From: Bacteroidota bacterium | GTDB taxonomy: Bacteria; Bacteroidota; Ignavibacteria; Kapaibacteriales; UBA2268 | Length of the DNA stretch: 64,000 nt | NCBI GenBank assembly: GCA_040264895.1 | Contig: JBDQHL010000001.1 | Span: forward strand, 15,060 to 79,059 | Direction: 5' to 3' | Part shown: positions 10,370 to 21,623 of the stretch, one piece after another | How the letters are laid out: each line of letters begins with the position of its first letter | Numbering within the stretch: the first letter of the stretch is position 1 | Position numbers and translations under genes: made by a program | Notes under the pieces: generated by a model | Databases searched by the model: none | Told to the model about the DNA's origin: nothing | The model's input: only the letters and a program-made list of their open reading frames with translations

Positions 10370-10594
10370 ATAGCGTTTCTAATGTTTTGTGATTAATTGA
10401 TATCATGATAATGAATGATAAACACATATAATATTGTTGAGTTACTAATTTTTATAAAAAAACTAGGTGTTCAGCACATATATGACAATTACAGAATAAA
10501 CTATATAGAAACAAAACTTTGTAAATATTGGCAAATCGGAGTATATTGACAAAAAAGTAAATACTAAAAACATCAATTAAACTCGGAAAATATC

Positions 10595-13500
10595 TTGAAG
10601 TTAGTCCTATCCTTGATTATTATACTCTTTTCAATTCAAAGCTTATCCGCTGATTACAACCAAGCAGTAAAGGAATTAAAAAATAACAACATAGATGCCG
10701 CAATTCTAAATTTTGAAGAAGCAGTTTCGGACGGTGATAATGTAAAAAAATCAATTTTGTATTTGGCAATATTGCGAGAATACCAACAAGCAAAACCAGA
10801 AGAAACATACACCTTGATTAAAGAGAATTTTGTAGACCACGAGTTGATAATAACTTCTTTGTGGGAGATATTCTTTTCAAAAATAGGCAATCACCAATAT
10901 GAGGACTTCTTCGAACAACTAGAAGATGAGCTTGAAACTGTAAAGTACAACCAACTAAAAGACTATATATATGAAGCGAATGGACAGTTCTACAAGAACA
11001 TTGCTGAATATGACGAAAGTGTAGAGTTTTTATCAAAAATCAAACACTACTATAACTGGCAAGTAGCAGGAGCGTTCGAAAATACTTCCGGATCTGGTTT
11101 CGATAAAAATTATGGCCCAATAGAAAATCCTAAATCCAATAGTGTCTTTTACGACCAATATAATGCAAAAGTAAACTGGTTTGAATCAAGTGTATTTGAC
11201 CAAGGAGAATGGCAAAGATTTGAGTATTTCTTTGATATCACAGACGCTATAATGTATGCTCAGACATTTATTAAAGCTGAAAAAGATGAAGTAGTAGAAG
11301 GTAGCATAGGTGTATCTGGATCTGTAAAGGTTTGGGCAAATGACCAAATTGTTTTCAAAGAAAAGAAAGAGGTTAACAATGGTCAAGATTCTTATATCTT
11401 CGAAGTTGGACTAAAGAAAGGATGGAATAAAATTTTAGTACAAATTGGTTCTAGTGAAAACCCAAATGCTAATTTTTTCTTCAAACTAAGAAACAAAAAT
11501 GGTGAGACATACAATCACCAAGAAGTAAGCTCTAGCTATAAGGAATATCCTAAACTATCGGGCGAAAAGATAAAAGTAATAGAACAAGAACATGTGAGAT
11601 TAATAAAGAGTATGATTGCCAAAGAACCTGATGAATTGGTTTACAAGCTACTTCTCTTCCAACAGTACAAATTCAACAATAACTTTACCGAAGCTAATAA
11701 AGTAAGAAAAGAGATACACGAATTAATGCCAAATACTTTGTTGAGCAACTTGCTTGATATGGAATATCATCTAATATCAAGGAATTCCACATTGTTCAAC
11801 AAAGCTCTAGAAGCTGTAAAAGCATACGAAGAAAAATATCCAATGACATTGAGTAATCTATGGCAGCAAGAAATGGATAATAATAACATCCCTGCATTAG
11901 AATCTCTATTGGAAAAAATGAAGCAACATCCGAAATACTTCGGAGAAGGCACGATATTAGAAAAAGAAATTAACTTAGACGCCAAAAAAGGAAATTACCA
12001 AAGTATGATGAAGAAGTGTATTAGAGGTAACAGAGAGTTCCCTAACAACTTCTTCTTTGCTAATATACTTATCCTTTATTACTATAGTGGTACAAAAGAA
12101 TATTCGAAAGCAATAGATATAATAGAAGATTATCTGGAAAATAACCACAGCTATCAGATGACTTTAATGCTGTCCGAGATTTACCTGCAGACTGGAAGAA
12201 AGGATAAGGGAATTGGCTTAATTGAAGATTATTTGGAGAACTTCCCTCATGCTATACAGGCATACAAAGAGTTAGCTAATATCTATTTTAGCGCCGAAGA
12301 CAATGAAACTGCATTGGAATACATAAAAAAAGGATTAGAAATTGCTCCATTCTATTCAAACTTTCATTCATTCAAAGCTAGAATACACCAACAAAATGGT
12401 GAAATAGCAGAAGCCGCTGAGAGCTATAAGAAAGCAATAGAATATAATCCTTTGGATTATGATAGCCGAAATAGTCTTGCTAATTTGGACGGTGAAATCA
12501 ATATATACAACAAGTTTGAAGCTCCTGACTTAGATTCAGTTTATAGCAGCAACCCAGGTACTGATTCCGAGCATGATTTAACTATACTTCACAATGAAAT
12601 ACAAGCAGTAGCTTATAAAAATGGTGGGTATGAAAAAAAATACTATATGCTAATAAAAGCAAATAACTCAAAAGGTATAGATTTAATAAAAGAATATCAG
12701 ATACCAGTGTATAATAACGAAACCTATAAAATAGATGAAGCATACTTACTCAAAGAAAATAACTCGCGTTTGAAAGCAGAAGAAAGTGGCCAAATGCTAG
12801 TTTTTCCAAATATTGAAGTTGGCGATGCTATTAAAATAATTTACAGAGTACAGACTTACACTGGTTACTCTCTGACCAATCACTTCTGGGATGATTTCCA
12901 AATGGATTTATTCTATCCAGTTAAGACATCTAAGTATTTGTTAGCAGTAGAATCAGGCAAGAAGTTTGAATATAAGGTAACAAACAATGACCAGCTGAAA
13001 CCAGAGAAATCTAAAATAGGAAATTTCGATGTTTATAGTTGGGAGATGAATGACTTGGAGGAACTAACTTATGAAGTTAATATGCCCAATACTCCTGATA
13101 TAGCAACTACAGTTTATGTTTCTAGTATTCCTAGCTGGGACTATGTCGTAGATTGGTACAAAGATATGACTATGAACAGATTAGAATCTCATGATTACTA
13201 TAAGTCAATATTGGATGAAGTGATAGATGATAATGAATCAGACTATAATAAAGCCTATAAAATATATCAATACATAGTAAAGGAAATCCGATATTCTTAT
13301 GTGCCATTCAGACAATCGGGGTATATACCTCAAAAATCAAATGTCTTACTTGATGACAAATTGGGTGATTGCAAGGATATATCAACTCTGTTTGTTAACC
13401 TATGTAGAGAAGCTGGAATGGATGCCAACTTAGTATTAGTCAATACCAGAGATAATGGATTGGAAAGCATGCCACTACCTTCGGTAAATTTTGATCACTG

Positions 13501-14308
13501 TATTGCTCAAATCAATTTAAACAATGAGCCATACTTTGTTGAGACAACCAGCGAATTTATACCATTTGCTGCAGTTCCCTTCTCTATGGAAGACCAACTG
13601 ATACTTCCGATAAGAGACGAAACTAAGCAGCTTGAAAACTTAGCGCCAAGTAAAAACTCTAGAAACATAGTTAAAAGATTCACAACTATTTCATTCGAAG
13701 ATGATGAGTTAATAACAGATAAGAAATCGATAAAATATGGTGGTAGCGCAGCGAAAATGAGAAATTCATATCTCTACTTGACAGAAAAAGAGAAAAGAGA
13801 AAGAATGGAAAAAGCTATTATTGATGAAGACCCAAGCTTGGAGCTTTTGAAACTTGACTTTATCTCGGGTTTAGAAGATGTTTCCGATAGTGTTGTGTAC
13901 AATTATAAATATTTACAGCCACAAAAATTCATCGAAGTTGGAGATATGAAGATATTCGAGATAGAATGGACAGACAAGTTCTATAGTACTGACTTCGTAG
14001 CAAATTCGAATAGAATTTACCCAATTGAGTTGTACAACTATTTTGATAACAAAGAAGAGTTTGAAATATTGACTATATCTGCCCCAGCAGGGACAAAGAT
14101 TAAAGAAAAGCCAGATAATGTAAAGATTTCAAATGAATTTTTTGACTATAACTTGAAGTTCGAAGAAAAGGGTAACAAAATAGAATGTGTAAGGTATTTT
14201 AAAATCAACAAAGATATAATTGATAAAGATGAATATCAGTTATTCAAAGATGATATTAAAAAGATAGTTAAGTCTGATAAGACTAGTATAGTTTATGGAA
14301 AGGGATAA
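10595..14308 (+). CDS. large TPR / DUF3857 / transglutaminase-like domain protein
   Basis: 1237 aa with a TTG start and a signal peptide. TPR-like repeats span about residues 480-630. The transglutaminase core is LGDCKDISTLFVNLCREAGMDANLVLV followed by NFDHCIAQ. Confidence 0.75.
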   Translation: MKLVLSLIIILFSIQSLSADYNQAVKELKNNNIDAAILNFEEAVSDGDNVKKSILYLAILREYQQAKPEETYTLIKENFVDHELIITSLWEIFFSKIGNHQYEDFFEQLEDELETVKYNQLKDYIYEANGQFYKNIAEYDESVEFLSKIKHYYNWQVAGAFENTSGSGFDKNYGPIENPKSNSVFYDQYNAKVNWFESSVFDQGEWQRFEYFFDITDAIMYAQTFIKAEKDEVVEGSIGVSGSVKVWANDQIVFKEKKEVNNGQDSYIFEVGLKKGWNKILVQIGSSENPNANFFFKLRNKNGETYNHQEVSSSYKEYPKLSGEKIKVIEQEHVRLIKSMIAKEPDELVYKLLLFQQYKFNNNFTEANKVRKEIHELMPNTLLSNLLDMEYHLISRNSTLFNKALEAVKAYEEKYPMTLSNLWQQEMDNNNIPALESLLEKMKQHPKYFGEGTILEKEINLDAKKGNYQSMMKKCIRGNREFPNNFFFANILILYYYSGTKEYSKAIDIIEDYLENNHSYQMTLMLSEIYLQTGRKDKGIGLIEDYLENFPHAIQAYKELANIYFSAEDNETALEYIKKGLEIAPFYSNFHSFKARIHQQNGEIAEAAESYKKAIEYNPLDYDSRNSLANLDGEINIYNKFEAPDLDSVYSSNPGTDSEHDLTILHNEIQAVAYKNGGYEKKYYMLIKANNSKGIDLIKEYQIPVYNNETYKIDEAYLLKENNSRLKAEESGQMLVFPNIEVGDAIKIIYRVQTYTGYSLTNHFWDDFQMDLFYPVKTSKYLLAVESGKKFEYKVTNNDQLKPEKSKIGNFDVYSWEMNDLEELTYEVNMPNTPDIATTVYVSSIPSWDYVVDWYKDMTMNRLESHDYYKSILDEVIDDNESDYNKAYKIYQYIVKEIRYSYVPFRQSGYIPQKSNVLLDDKLGDCKDISTLFVNLCREAGMDANLVLVNTRDNGLESMPLPSVNFDHCIAQINLNNEPYFVETTSEFIPFAAVPFSMEDQLILPIRDETKQLENLAPSKNSRNIVKRFTTISFEDDELITDKKSIKYGGSAAKMRNSYLYLTEKEKRERMEKAIIDEDPSLELLKLDFISGLEDVSDSVVYNYKYLQPQKFIEVGDMKIFEIEWTDKFYSTDFVANSNRIYPIELYNYFDNKEEFEILTISAPAGTKIKEKPDNVKISNEFFDYNLKFEEKGNKIECVRYFKINKDIIDKDEYQLFKDDIKKIVKSDKTSIVYGKG

Positions 14309-14327
14309 ATATTTATTTTAATATAAT

Positions 14328-15160
14328 ATGACAATAAAATCACTAAAAGAAATAGGGTATGATGTAATTCTGGAAGCATTCAACCTTTCTTTTAGTGATT
14401 ATTTTATTCCAGTTTCTGTAAACTACAGCCAGTTTACAACCAAGCTAAAATCTCATGACATTGATTTATCTCTTTCTGTTGGTGCGTTTGACAAGGGCAA
14501 GTTAGTTGGCTTTATATTACATTGTACTCTACCTTACTTAAGCAATAGCGTTGCTTATAATCTTGGAACTGGAGTAATACCCAATGCAAGGGGACAAAAT
14601 CTAACTGTAAGAATGTATGAGCACATAATTCCTATAATTTCTAATACAGATTGTGACAAAATACAGCTAGAAGTAATAACTAAAAACTCTCCTGCAATAG
14701 ATTCATATAAAAAATCTGGGTTTAAAATCAACATGCATTTGCTCTGTTTCCGAGGTGTGCCCAGAACTAAAAAAGCGAATAGTGATTGTAGCTATGAAGA
14801 ACTAAAGAAATTTGATTGGGAACACTTGCAATCTTTTTGGACTTCTAATCCAACTATACAAAACTCACCTGCACTGATTGAAAATAGATTCCAGGAGTTA
14901 ACTTCTATTGGTGCTTACAAAGATGAAGAGCTAATAGGTTATATAGTATTCAACCAGAATGAACGTATATTCTGCAATTGGCAGTTGACCCCAAGTTTAG
15001 ATTGCAAGGTGTGGGCAGCTTACTAATGGCAAGAGCAAAACAACTCAATGACTTAACCATATTGAACATTGATAAGATTGACACAGGCACCACTAGCTTC
15101 CTGAAAAAATTAGGCTTTGATGTCTTTGTTGAACAGTATGAGATGGTTTTGGAGTTTTAG
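14328..15160 (+). pseudogene. tandem-GNAT acetyltransferase interrupted by a frameshift
   Basis: ORF 14328..15026 encodes the first GNAT domain and the start of a second. The acetyl-CoA motif of the second domain (LAVDPKFRLQGVGSLLMARA) continues in another frame (track ORF 14978..15160). The frame switch must lie within 14963-14977. Confidence 0.7.
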
Positions 15161-15166
15161 TAAGAG

Positions 15167-16276
15167 TTAGTATGTCTCAACAGTCCTTGCCATCACTGAA
15201 TAGCCTAACGAAAAATTTAGTGAGTAACCACTGTAAACAACATTATTCACTCTCAATACATTCAATCCAAATCTAATATATTGTTGGTTTGAAAATTTCG
15301 CTCCACCAAATCCAATATTTGGAATTAACTCTATATCACTAAATAAATTATAATCATACCAAAAGCCAGCATGTAGTCCTGAACTGTTCACAGTTAGTCC
15401 ATCTTCAACACCTTCAGTGTCGGGGTAACTTACTTCATTTAACCCATAACCTAAATATGGTATTAATTTGTGTGTTCTATTATCAATAATTGGATACCCT
15501 ATAGATATATTTGCATTTGCCATACCTAACGTTAAATCTTTTTCCCAACTTTCTTCATATATAAAATCTTCCTTTACAGTACCCCAAGCTAAAAACGCAT
15601 TTAAAAATAAATAGTAGTCTTTGTAAATAACATCTAAACTAAAACCGAAACCGGCATAAGCTGGGTTAAGTTTATCACTCATGTCCCCACTGCTAAAATT
15701 ATTAGTGTAGTAAAGACTTCCACCAAACCCCCAATGCTTATCACGTACGCTCGGAATTTCAAATTCATCGAACATGCTCAATCTTTGATATAACATAAGA
15801 GACCATTTCTGAACTATGTCCTCATTCACACCATAATCACTTTTTATTTGAAAGCGCTGAATTTCCAATGTTCCTTTATCATAATACGATTGCATCAATC
15901 TATTATATTCTTGGCGCTCAGTTAAAGTATTAATCTCATTTTGAAATTGTCGTCTGTAAAATTCTCTAATATCAAAAAGAACTTGAAAATACTCTAAAGT
16001 TTGAAATTTACTCTCGTCTTTTAATATCCAAGATGCACTTTTGTCTAAATAATTTTTAGTATTAGCAAACACAAAGGTCGTATCATTTCTCTCTATCTCA
16101 TCAGTATAGTATTCAAGTTTTATCAGTGTTTGTCCCAATAAATCGCTTCCACGCTCTGGTTCGCCTAAAAAGTCATCCACTTTCAGTGGACCTTCCTCAT
16201 AACGCTTGATACCCTGGGCATCTGCTTTAATTATGGCAAACGGAATAATTAATAGAATTAGAATCTTGATTGTATT
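15167..16276 (-). CDS. hypothetical secreted / outer-membrane protein
   Basis: I prefer the start at MNTIKILILLIIPFAIIKADAQ because it is a signal peptide. The C-terminal half is rich in alternating aromatic/Gly beta-strand-like segments and ends ...ARTVETY. No family recognised. Confidence 0.5.
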   Translation of the reverse strand, partial: NTIKILILLIIPFAIIKADAQGIKRYEEGPLKVDDFLGEPERGSDLLGQTLIKLEYYTDEIERNDTTFVFANTKNYLDKSASWILKDESKFQTLEYFQVLFDIREFYRRQFQNEINTLTERQEYNRLMQSYYDKGTLEIQRFQIKSDYGVNEDIVQKWSLMLYQRLSMFDEFEIPSVRDKHWGFGGSLYYTNNFSSGDMSDKLNPAYAGFGFSLDVIYKDYYLFLNAFLAWGTVKEDFIYEESWEKDLTLGMANANISIGYPIIDNRTHKLIPYLGYGLNEVSYPDTEGVEDGLTVNSSGLHAGFWYDYNLFSDIELIPNIGFGGAKFSNQQYIRFGLNVLRVNNVVYSGYSLNFSLGYSVMARTVETY

Positions 16277-16448
16277 CATACTAAATAAGAAATTGTGGGT
16301 TGGGATAATTATTTTTTCAAATATAGTAATATAAGAATTCATAAATCGACTATTTTATGGTAATATTTCCCCACCTAAACCCCTTATTTGTTAAAAATTT
16401 CCGAGTTTTGTAGATATTGAATTACCAAATAGAAAAATTGGAAAAAAA

Positions 16449-18227
16449 ATGAATTTTCAGAAAAGGACAGTTACTTGTGGTGAGCTGAACGAAAACCAAA
16501 TAGGTAACGAAGTTGTACTTAACGGTTGGGTGAATGTAAGACGTGATTTGGGGAGCTTAATCTTCTTCGATTTGCGTGACAGATACGGAATAACCCAAGT
16601 AGTTATATTGCCAGAAGTGAACCCAGAGCTGGAAGCAAAAGCCAGAGAAGTACGCTCGGAAGACGTGCTATGGGTAAAGGGCGAAGTTAGAGAAAGAGAG
16701 AACAAAAATAAGAATATTCCCACTGGTGGAATTGAAGTATTAGTCAAAGACTTCGGTGTTATTAGTAAGTCGAAATTACCACCATTCGAAGTGTCAGGCA
16801 AGACTGACGCAAGCGAAGAGCTAAGACTAAAATACAGATATTTAGACTTGCGTAGAGCTGGATTGCAAGACAAATTTATAGTGAGAAACAAGGTTTACCA
16901 GACTACTCATCGCTATTTTGATGAGAACAATTTCGTAGAAATAGAAACACCTGTGCTAATGAAATCTACTCCGGAAGGAGCTCGTGATTTCCTAGTACCA
17001 AGCAGAATGAACAAGGGTAAATTCTATGCCTTACCGCAATCACCACAGATTTTCAAGCAAATCAGTATGGTAGCAGGTTTCGATCGTTATATGCAAATAG
17101 TGAAGTGTTTCCGTGATGAGGATTTCCGTGCCGACAGACAACCCGAATTTACTCAAGTTGATGTAGAGATGTCATTCGTAGATATGGAAGATGTAATCAG
17201 CATTGGCGAGGGCTATATCCGTAACTTGTGGAAAGACGTTCTTGGCTACGAAGTTGGCGATTTCACTCGTTTGACTTACAAAGAAGCAATGGAAAATTAC
17301 GGTAGTGATAAGCCAGATTTACGCTACGATTTGAAGTTGAAAAGTATATCGAATATAGTTGCAAACAGTGATTTCAAAGTATTTACTGATATAGTTGCCA
17401 ATGGCGGCGAAGTTGCCGCTCTGAATGCTAAGGGTTGCTCTGGTTACTCACGAAAGAACTTAGATGAGTTGACTGATTTTGCTAAGAATTATGGTGCAAA
17501 AGGTCTTGCTTGGATGAAGTTTGATAATAATGAAGTCAAATCTCCAATTGCAAAATTCCTTTCGGAAGAAGTGATTGAGAATATAAAAACTGCAACTGGT
17601 GCTGAAGATGGCGATTTGATTTTGATTTCGTCAGATACTTGGACTAAGTGCTACACTATATTGGGTGCACTTAGACAAGAGATGGCTAAACGCACAGGAA
17701 TATATGAAGAAATAAAATCTGACTTTCATTTCGGTTGGGTAACTGACTTCCCACTATTCGAGAAAGACGACGAAACTGGTGATGTATATGCTATGCACCA
17801 CCCATTCACTTCACCAAACTATGATGATATTGATATGCTCGACGAAGCACCTGAAAAGGTTCGCTCAATTGCATATGATATGGTAATCAATGGTGCCGAA
17901 GTTGGTGGTGGAAGTATAAGAATACACGACAAAGAAATGCAATCACGTATGTTTGATGCACTAGGGCTAACTGAAGAGGAAGCAAATGACAAGTTTGGTT
18001 TCCTAATCGAGGCATTGCAATACGGTGCACCTCCACACGGTGGTGTCGCATTCGGATTGGACAGATTGGTTATGATACTAACTGGAACTGATAATATCCG
18101 TGACGTTATCGCATTCCCTAAGACTACAAGCGGTCTATCACTTATGGATGGCTCTCCATCTTTCGTTGACCCAACTCAGTTGACTGACTTAGGGCTCAAC
18201 TTAGTGAAGAAAGAAAAGAAAGATTAG
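16449..18227 (+). CDS. aspS: aspartate--tRNA ligase
   Basis: 592 aa with an OB-fold N-terminus. Class II motif 2 is FRDEDFRADRQPEFTQVD and motif 3 is GGVAFGLDRLVM. Confidence 0.97.
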   Translation: MNFQKRTVTCGELNENQIGNEVVLNGWVNVRRDLGSLIFFDLRDRYGITQVVILPEVNPELEAKAREVRSEDVLWVKGEVRERENKNKNIPTGGIEVLVKDFGVISKSKLPPFEVSGKTDASEELRLKYRYLDLRRAGLQDKFIVRNKVYQTTHRYFDENNFVEIETPVLMKSTPEGARDFLVPSRMNKGKFYALPQSPQIFKQISMVAGFDRYMQIVKCFRDEDFRADRQPEFTQVDVEMSFVDMEDVISIGEGYIRNLWKDVLGYEVGDFTRLTYKEAMENYGSDKPDLRYDLKLKSISNIVANSDFKVFTDIVANGGEVAALNAKGCSGYSRKNLDELTDFAKNYGAKGLAWMKFDNNEVKSPIAKFLSEEVIENIKTATGAEDGDLILISSDTWTKCYTILGALRQEMAKRTGIYEEIKSDFHFGWVTDFPLFEKDDETGDVYAMHHPFTSPNYDDIDMLDEAPEKVRSIAYDMVINGAEVGGGSIRIHDKEMQSRMFDALGLTEEEANDKFGFLIEALQYGAPPHGGVAFGLDRLVMILTGTDNIRDVIAFPKTTSGLSLMDGSPSFVDPTQLTDLGLNLVKKEKKD

Positions 18228-20377
18228 AAGAAATAATTTACTATCAGCTCGGCACCAAAACCGGGCTGAGGGTAAACTGATTTTATTCTAGATAAGTGAT
18301 TTCTGTAAGTCTCATTGGTGATATTATTCGCTCTGAATATCACACTCATTAACTGTTCACCAATTGTGATATTCCTTTTTACTGACGCATTCAGTATTGC
18401 ATAGCCATCTGTTTCTTCTTCAAATTGACCCAAGTTATTCTGTGCAAGTGCTGATTGCATATTCACAGAAAAATGCCAATTATATAAATTGTAATCTAGA
18501 ATAATGTCTGCTTTGAATGGAGGAATAAAAGGCAAATATCCTTCATTGTTTTTCCTTTCACCAATGGTATAACTTACATTTGCGCTAGCCTTGAAGTTCT
18601 CAGTAATTGACTTATTCGCACTAAAACTAAACCCATATAGCTGAACAGGAATGTTTATCTGTCTGAACAGAGGTAGCAAAGTAGAAAAGTTAGTATCACC
18701 AGTAGCAACAGGTGTTATATAATTGCTATAGTCATATAAAAATATTACCGCTCTTGTTTCCCAACTATCCCCTAAATGAGTAAAGTCAACAGAATAAGAT
18801 ATTGATTTTTCTAAATCAAGCTCAGGGTTACCCACCTCATAAGAATAGGCAGCGAGGTGAGGCCCATCTGAGAGTAATTCTTCTGGTTCTGGAGCCCTGT
18901 TCGAATTTGCTAACTCAAACCTAATGCTATTAGTCAAATCGAATTGATAGTTGATTGCTATAGCAGATGAAAGAGCAGAGTATGAAAAATCTCTATAAAT
19001 AATATCATAGAACTCATAATCTCTTTCCAGATTCACTTTTGTAAGCTCAAACCTTGAACCAAATTTAATATCTAACTCATCCGTAATAGCTAATTTCTCA
19101 TTCAAATATGCTGAAAACACATCGTAGTTATTATCTGGAATAAAAACGAACCCACCAAGCTGATTGTCCTTTCTCGTATATTCCAATCCAATATATCCAC
19201 TTTCGAACAAGTCCATTTGGTGTTGTTCTACTTCTAATTTAACCGTATTGGATACAAATCGGAATTGAGCACCAAGCAAACCGCTAGCTTCAAATTCTTT
19301 GTGATCATAGAAATTCCTCTCCCAGTTCAGTTTTACTTTTTCAAGTAACCTACCATGAATATGAAACTCTGAGTTTACCCCGTAAGCATTCCGTTTCATT
19401 TCTATATCCACACCATTTGGGTGAGCCCCTACAAACCCTCCTGGCAAACCATATTCTTTCTGAAATATATCAGCATAAGGATTGATGGTAAATTCACCAA
19501 TATAATAGTATGTTCCCAGGTTTATATTTTGCTCTATATATTGGGTGTTGTCAAGAGTTCCCTGGGGAGTAATCAGATTACCCGCATTAACATACTGTCC
19601 ATTTAATGCTAAACCACCTAAGGGATAGCTAAATTCATTCTCAGTAGCAATATTATATTTTTCATTAACAGTTGAATAACCAACGGACAATAGTGAGTTA
19701 TTTTCTTCAATTGGGTTATTGATATTTGTATTACTTTTTCTTACAACTGATTTACCAACTAACGACGAACCGTATCGAACCAAATCGGGCCCAGATACAA
19801 GTGATACACTACTCAAGCTCACATTATTATAAGCCTGGGAGTGGTCAGATGAATTGCTTGATAAATCTTTTGTCTTAAAGTTATTATTAATTATCTGTAA
19901 TCGATTCCCTGAAAGACCATTAATTACTGGTCTAGTTACTGCTTCACCCATTTGGGATTCTGATACTCCAAGCATTTTAGATAATATTTTTGAGAGTGAG
20001 TTCCCAAGATTATTGACAAGTTTTGATTTGCTTATTTTTGCCCAGCCTTTGTTCCTACTACTATCACCATAAACTGTAACATCATCAAAATCATATTCAA
20101 GTGGGATTAGCTTTATACTTACAGTATCAATGATTATATCTAAATCAATGTGCTTTTCCTGATATCCATTCTTAATGAAATCGACGTGCACATTGCTTTC
20201 TTTTTCTTTTATACTAATGGTTGCGATACCATTACTATCACTCACTAAATTACTACTTTCAACTAATACGGTTACACCACTAACTGGCTCTTTAGTAAAG
20301 CTATCATTGATAAGGAAAGTAAGGTTTTTAGCAATTAATATAGACGGAAAAACAAGTATTAAAACTATTAATCTCAA
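18224..20377 (-). CDS. TonB-dependent receptor with an N-terminal carboxypeptidase-regulatory-like domain
   Basis: 717 aa with an apparent TTG start, a signal peptide and plug-like and beta-barrel regions. It ends GAELIVNYFF with a terminal aromatic residue. Confidence 0.85.
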   Translation of the reverse strand: MRLIVLILVFPSILIAKNLTFLINDSFTKEPVSGVTVLVESSNLVSDSNGIATISIKEKESNVHVDFIKNGYQEKHIDLDIIIDTVSIKLIPLEYDFDDVTVYGDSSRNKGWAKISKSKLVNNLGNSLSKILSKMLGVSESQMGEAVTRPVINGLSGNRLQIINNNFKTKDLSSNSSDHSQAYNNVSLSSVSLVSGPDLVRYGSSLVGKSVVRKSNTNINNPIEENNSLLSVGYSTVNEKYNIATENEFSYPLGGLALNGQYVNAGNLITPQGTLDNTQYIEQNINLGTYYYIGEFTINPYADIFQKEYGLPGGFVGAHPNGVDIEMKRNAYGVNSEFHIHGRLLEKVKLNWERNFYDHKEFEASGLLGAQFRFVSNTVKLEVEQHQMDLFESGYIGLEYTRKDNQLGGFVFIPDNNYDVFSAYLNEKLAITDELDIKFGSRFELTKVNLERDYEFYDIIYRDFSYSALSSAIAINYQFDLTNSIRFELANSNRAPEPEELLSDGPHLAAYSYEVGNPELDLEKSISYSVDFTHLGDSWETRAVIFLYDYSNYITPVATGDTNFSTLLPLFRQINIPVQLYGFSFSANKSITENFKASANVSYTIGERKNNEGYLPFIPPFKADIILDYNLYNWHFSVNMQSALAQNNLGQFEEETDGYAILNASVKRNITIGEQLMSVIFRANNITNETYRNHLSRIKSVYPQPGFGAELIVNYFF

Positions 20378-20703
20378 TTCTTCAGCTTTGGGTTGTTCTT
20401 GTGTCTGTCTTTATCTCGGGTTGTCTTTTTCTCTAAGTTTTTCTTCAGAGCATCAGTCAAATCAACACCAGTTTGGTTTGCTAAGCACAGCAGCACCCAG
20501 AGAATATCGGCCATTTCGTCAGCTTCGTTGTAATCTTCGTCAGACTTTTTGTTTGACTGCTCGCCATACTTACGAGCAAAAACCCTTGCTAACTCACCGA
20601 CTTCCTCGGTGAGTATAGCAAAGTTAGTCATTTCGTCAAAATAGCGAACACCGTTTTCTCTTATCCACTCATCGACTAATTTTTGTGCTTCAGCGATTGT
20701 CAT
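20374..20703 (-). CDS. MazG-like nucleotide pyrophosphohydrolase domain protein
   Basis: 109 aa. EEVGELARVF...EMADILWVLLCLANQTGVDL is the MazG/YpjD-type EExxE...D helix pair. Its ends overlap both neighbouring genes by 4 nt. Confidence 0.75.
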   Translation of the reverse strand: MTIAEAQKLVDEWIRENGVRYFDEMTNFAILTEEVGELARVFARKYGEQSNKKSDEDYNEADEMADILWVLLCLANQTGVDLTDALKKNLEKKTTRDKDRHKNNPKLKN

Positions 20704-21203
20704 TTTACTTCCAATGGAACAAAAGGTGAGGTAAAGTCAACATGTCCATCATGTAGTATCTGTATTCTCATTTGAGTAGCACCAACTGTAACTGGAGTGA
20801 TTTCAACTTCCCACTCGTGAGCTTCTACTGTAGCTATCTCTTCATCTTGCACTTCTACAGAGAATGACGTTTCTTCATCTCCATGCTCCTCATGCTCTTC
20901 ATCATCTTCTTCGTGATCATGTTCACCTTCTGGTGTACCAATATCTTTCCCATCTTCATCTAAGAAATGAACATGGTATTCACCTACACCATCAGCTAAA
21001 TTAACAGATACTGATTCAGAAATAGAGTTATCTACCTGACCTTCGAATAGTCGGAAGACTACGTCATCATTTTCGTCGAGTAATATATAGCCAACTGCTT
21101 CGAAGTGTTCTTCCGATGTAAATACTGAGTCATCATCATCACAGCTAGTTAAAAAAAGTGTTAGTGATAGTATAGCTAATAAGCTATTTTTTTTGATAAG
21201 CAT
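20700..21203 (-). CDS. lipoprotein with a His/Asp/Glu-rich tract; putative metal-binding accessory of the TonB receptor
   Basis: 167 aa. Lipobox LFLTSC followed by DDDD. The tract PEGEHDHEEDDEEHEEHGDEE is present. It is paralogous to ORF 21624..22088. Confidence 0.6.
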   Translation of the reverse strand: MLIKKNSLLAILSLTLFLTSCDDDDSVFTSEEHFEAVGYILLDENDDVVFRLFEGQVDNSISESVSVNLADGVGEYHVHFLDEDGKDIGTPEGEHDHEEDDEEHEEHGDEETSFSVEVQDEEIATVEAHEWEVEITPVTVGATQMRIQILHDGHVDFTSPFVPLEVK

Positions 21204-21271
21204 AATTCTGCCCTTTATATATTTATAAATAATTAATAATTGTATTTTGTTTTAGTAAGACTTAAAAGTGC

Positions 21272-21595
21272 TTACTTAATAGGTGGCGACCGCCCACTAT
21301 TCAGGCACTTATGCCCATTAAACAATCTACAATAATCAAGCAGAATTAGTTGTTGTTGCGTATTATGAGAATTAACTTCTTTTTGGAAGTCAACTGATGT
21401 GAATTTGTTTGTCTTGTGGAATTCACAAAGAAAACAATGTGAATCGAGTGAGTTTTGCTCTAACTGATATTCAATACCATAACTATCTGAGTAATCGCTA
21501 TGGTTATGAGCCACTAGATCATGACTAATAATTGAAAGCAATCCAAGCAATATGGATACTGAAATAAAACGATATATAGTGTTTGTAATTTTCAC
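21272..21595 (-). CDS. small membrane-anchored protein with His- and Cys-containing motifs
   Basis: 107 aa with one N-terminal TM segment, then HDLVAHNHSDYSDSYG and HCFLCEFH. No family recognised with confidence. Confidence 0.45.
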   Translation of the reverse strand: MKITNTIYRFISVSILLGLLSIISHDLVAHNHSDYSDSYGIEYQLEQNSLDSHCFLCEFHKTNKFTSVDFQKEVNSHNTQQQLILLDYCRLFNGHKCLNSGRSPPIK

Positions 21596-21623
21596 TTTAA
21601 TAACAGAAGTAAATAACTTCTTT

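Noticed and set aside
16457-16891. 144-aa ORF antisense to aspS. Similar long antisense ORFs in the track include 20175-20612, 45168-45590, 55108-55482, 57952-58386, 60614-61015 and 62156-62683.
   Set aside because: Each lies wholly inside a strongly supported gene on the other strand. They have low-complexity, Ser/Leu/Ile-rich translations with no motifs. These are shadow ORFs typical of AT-rich coding sequence.
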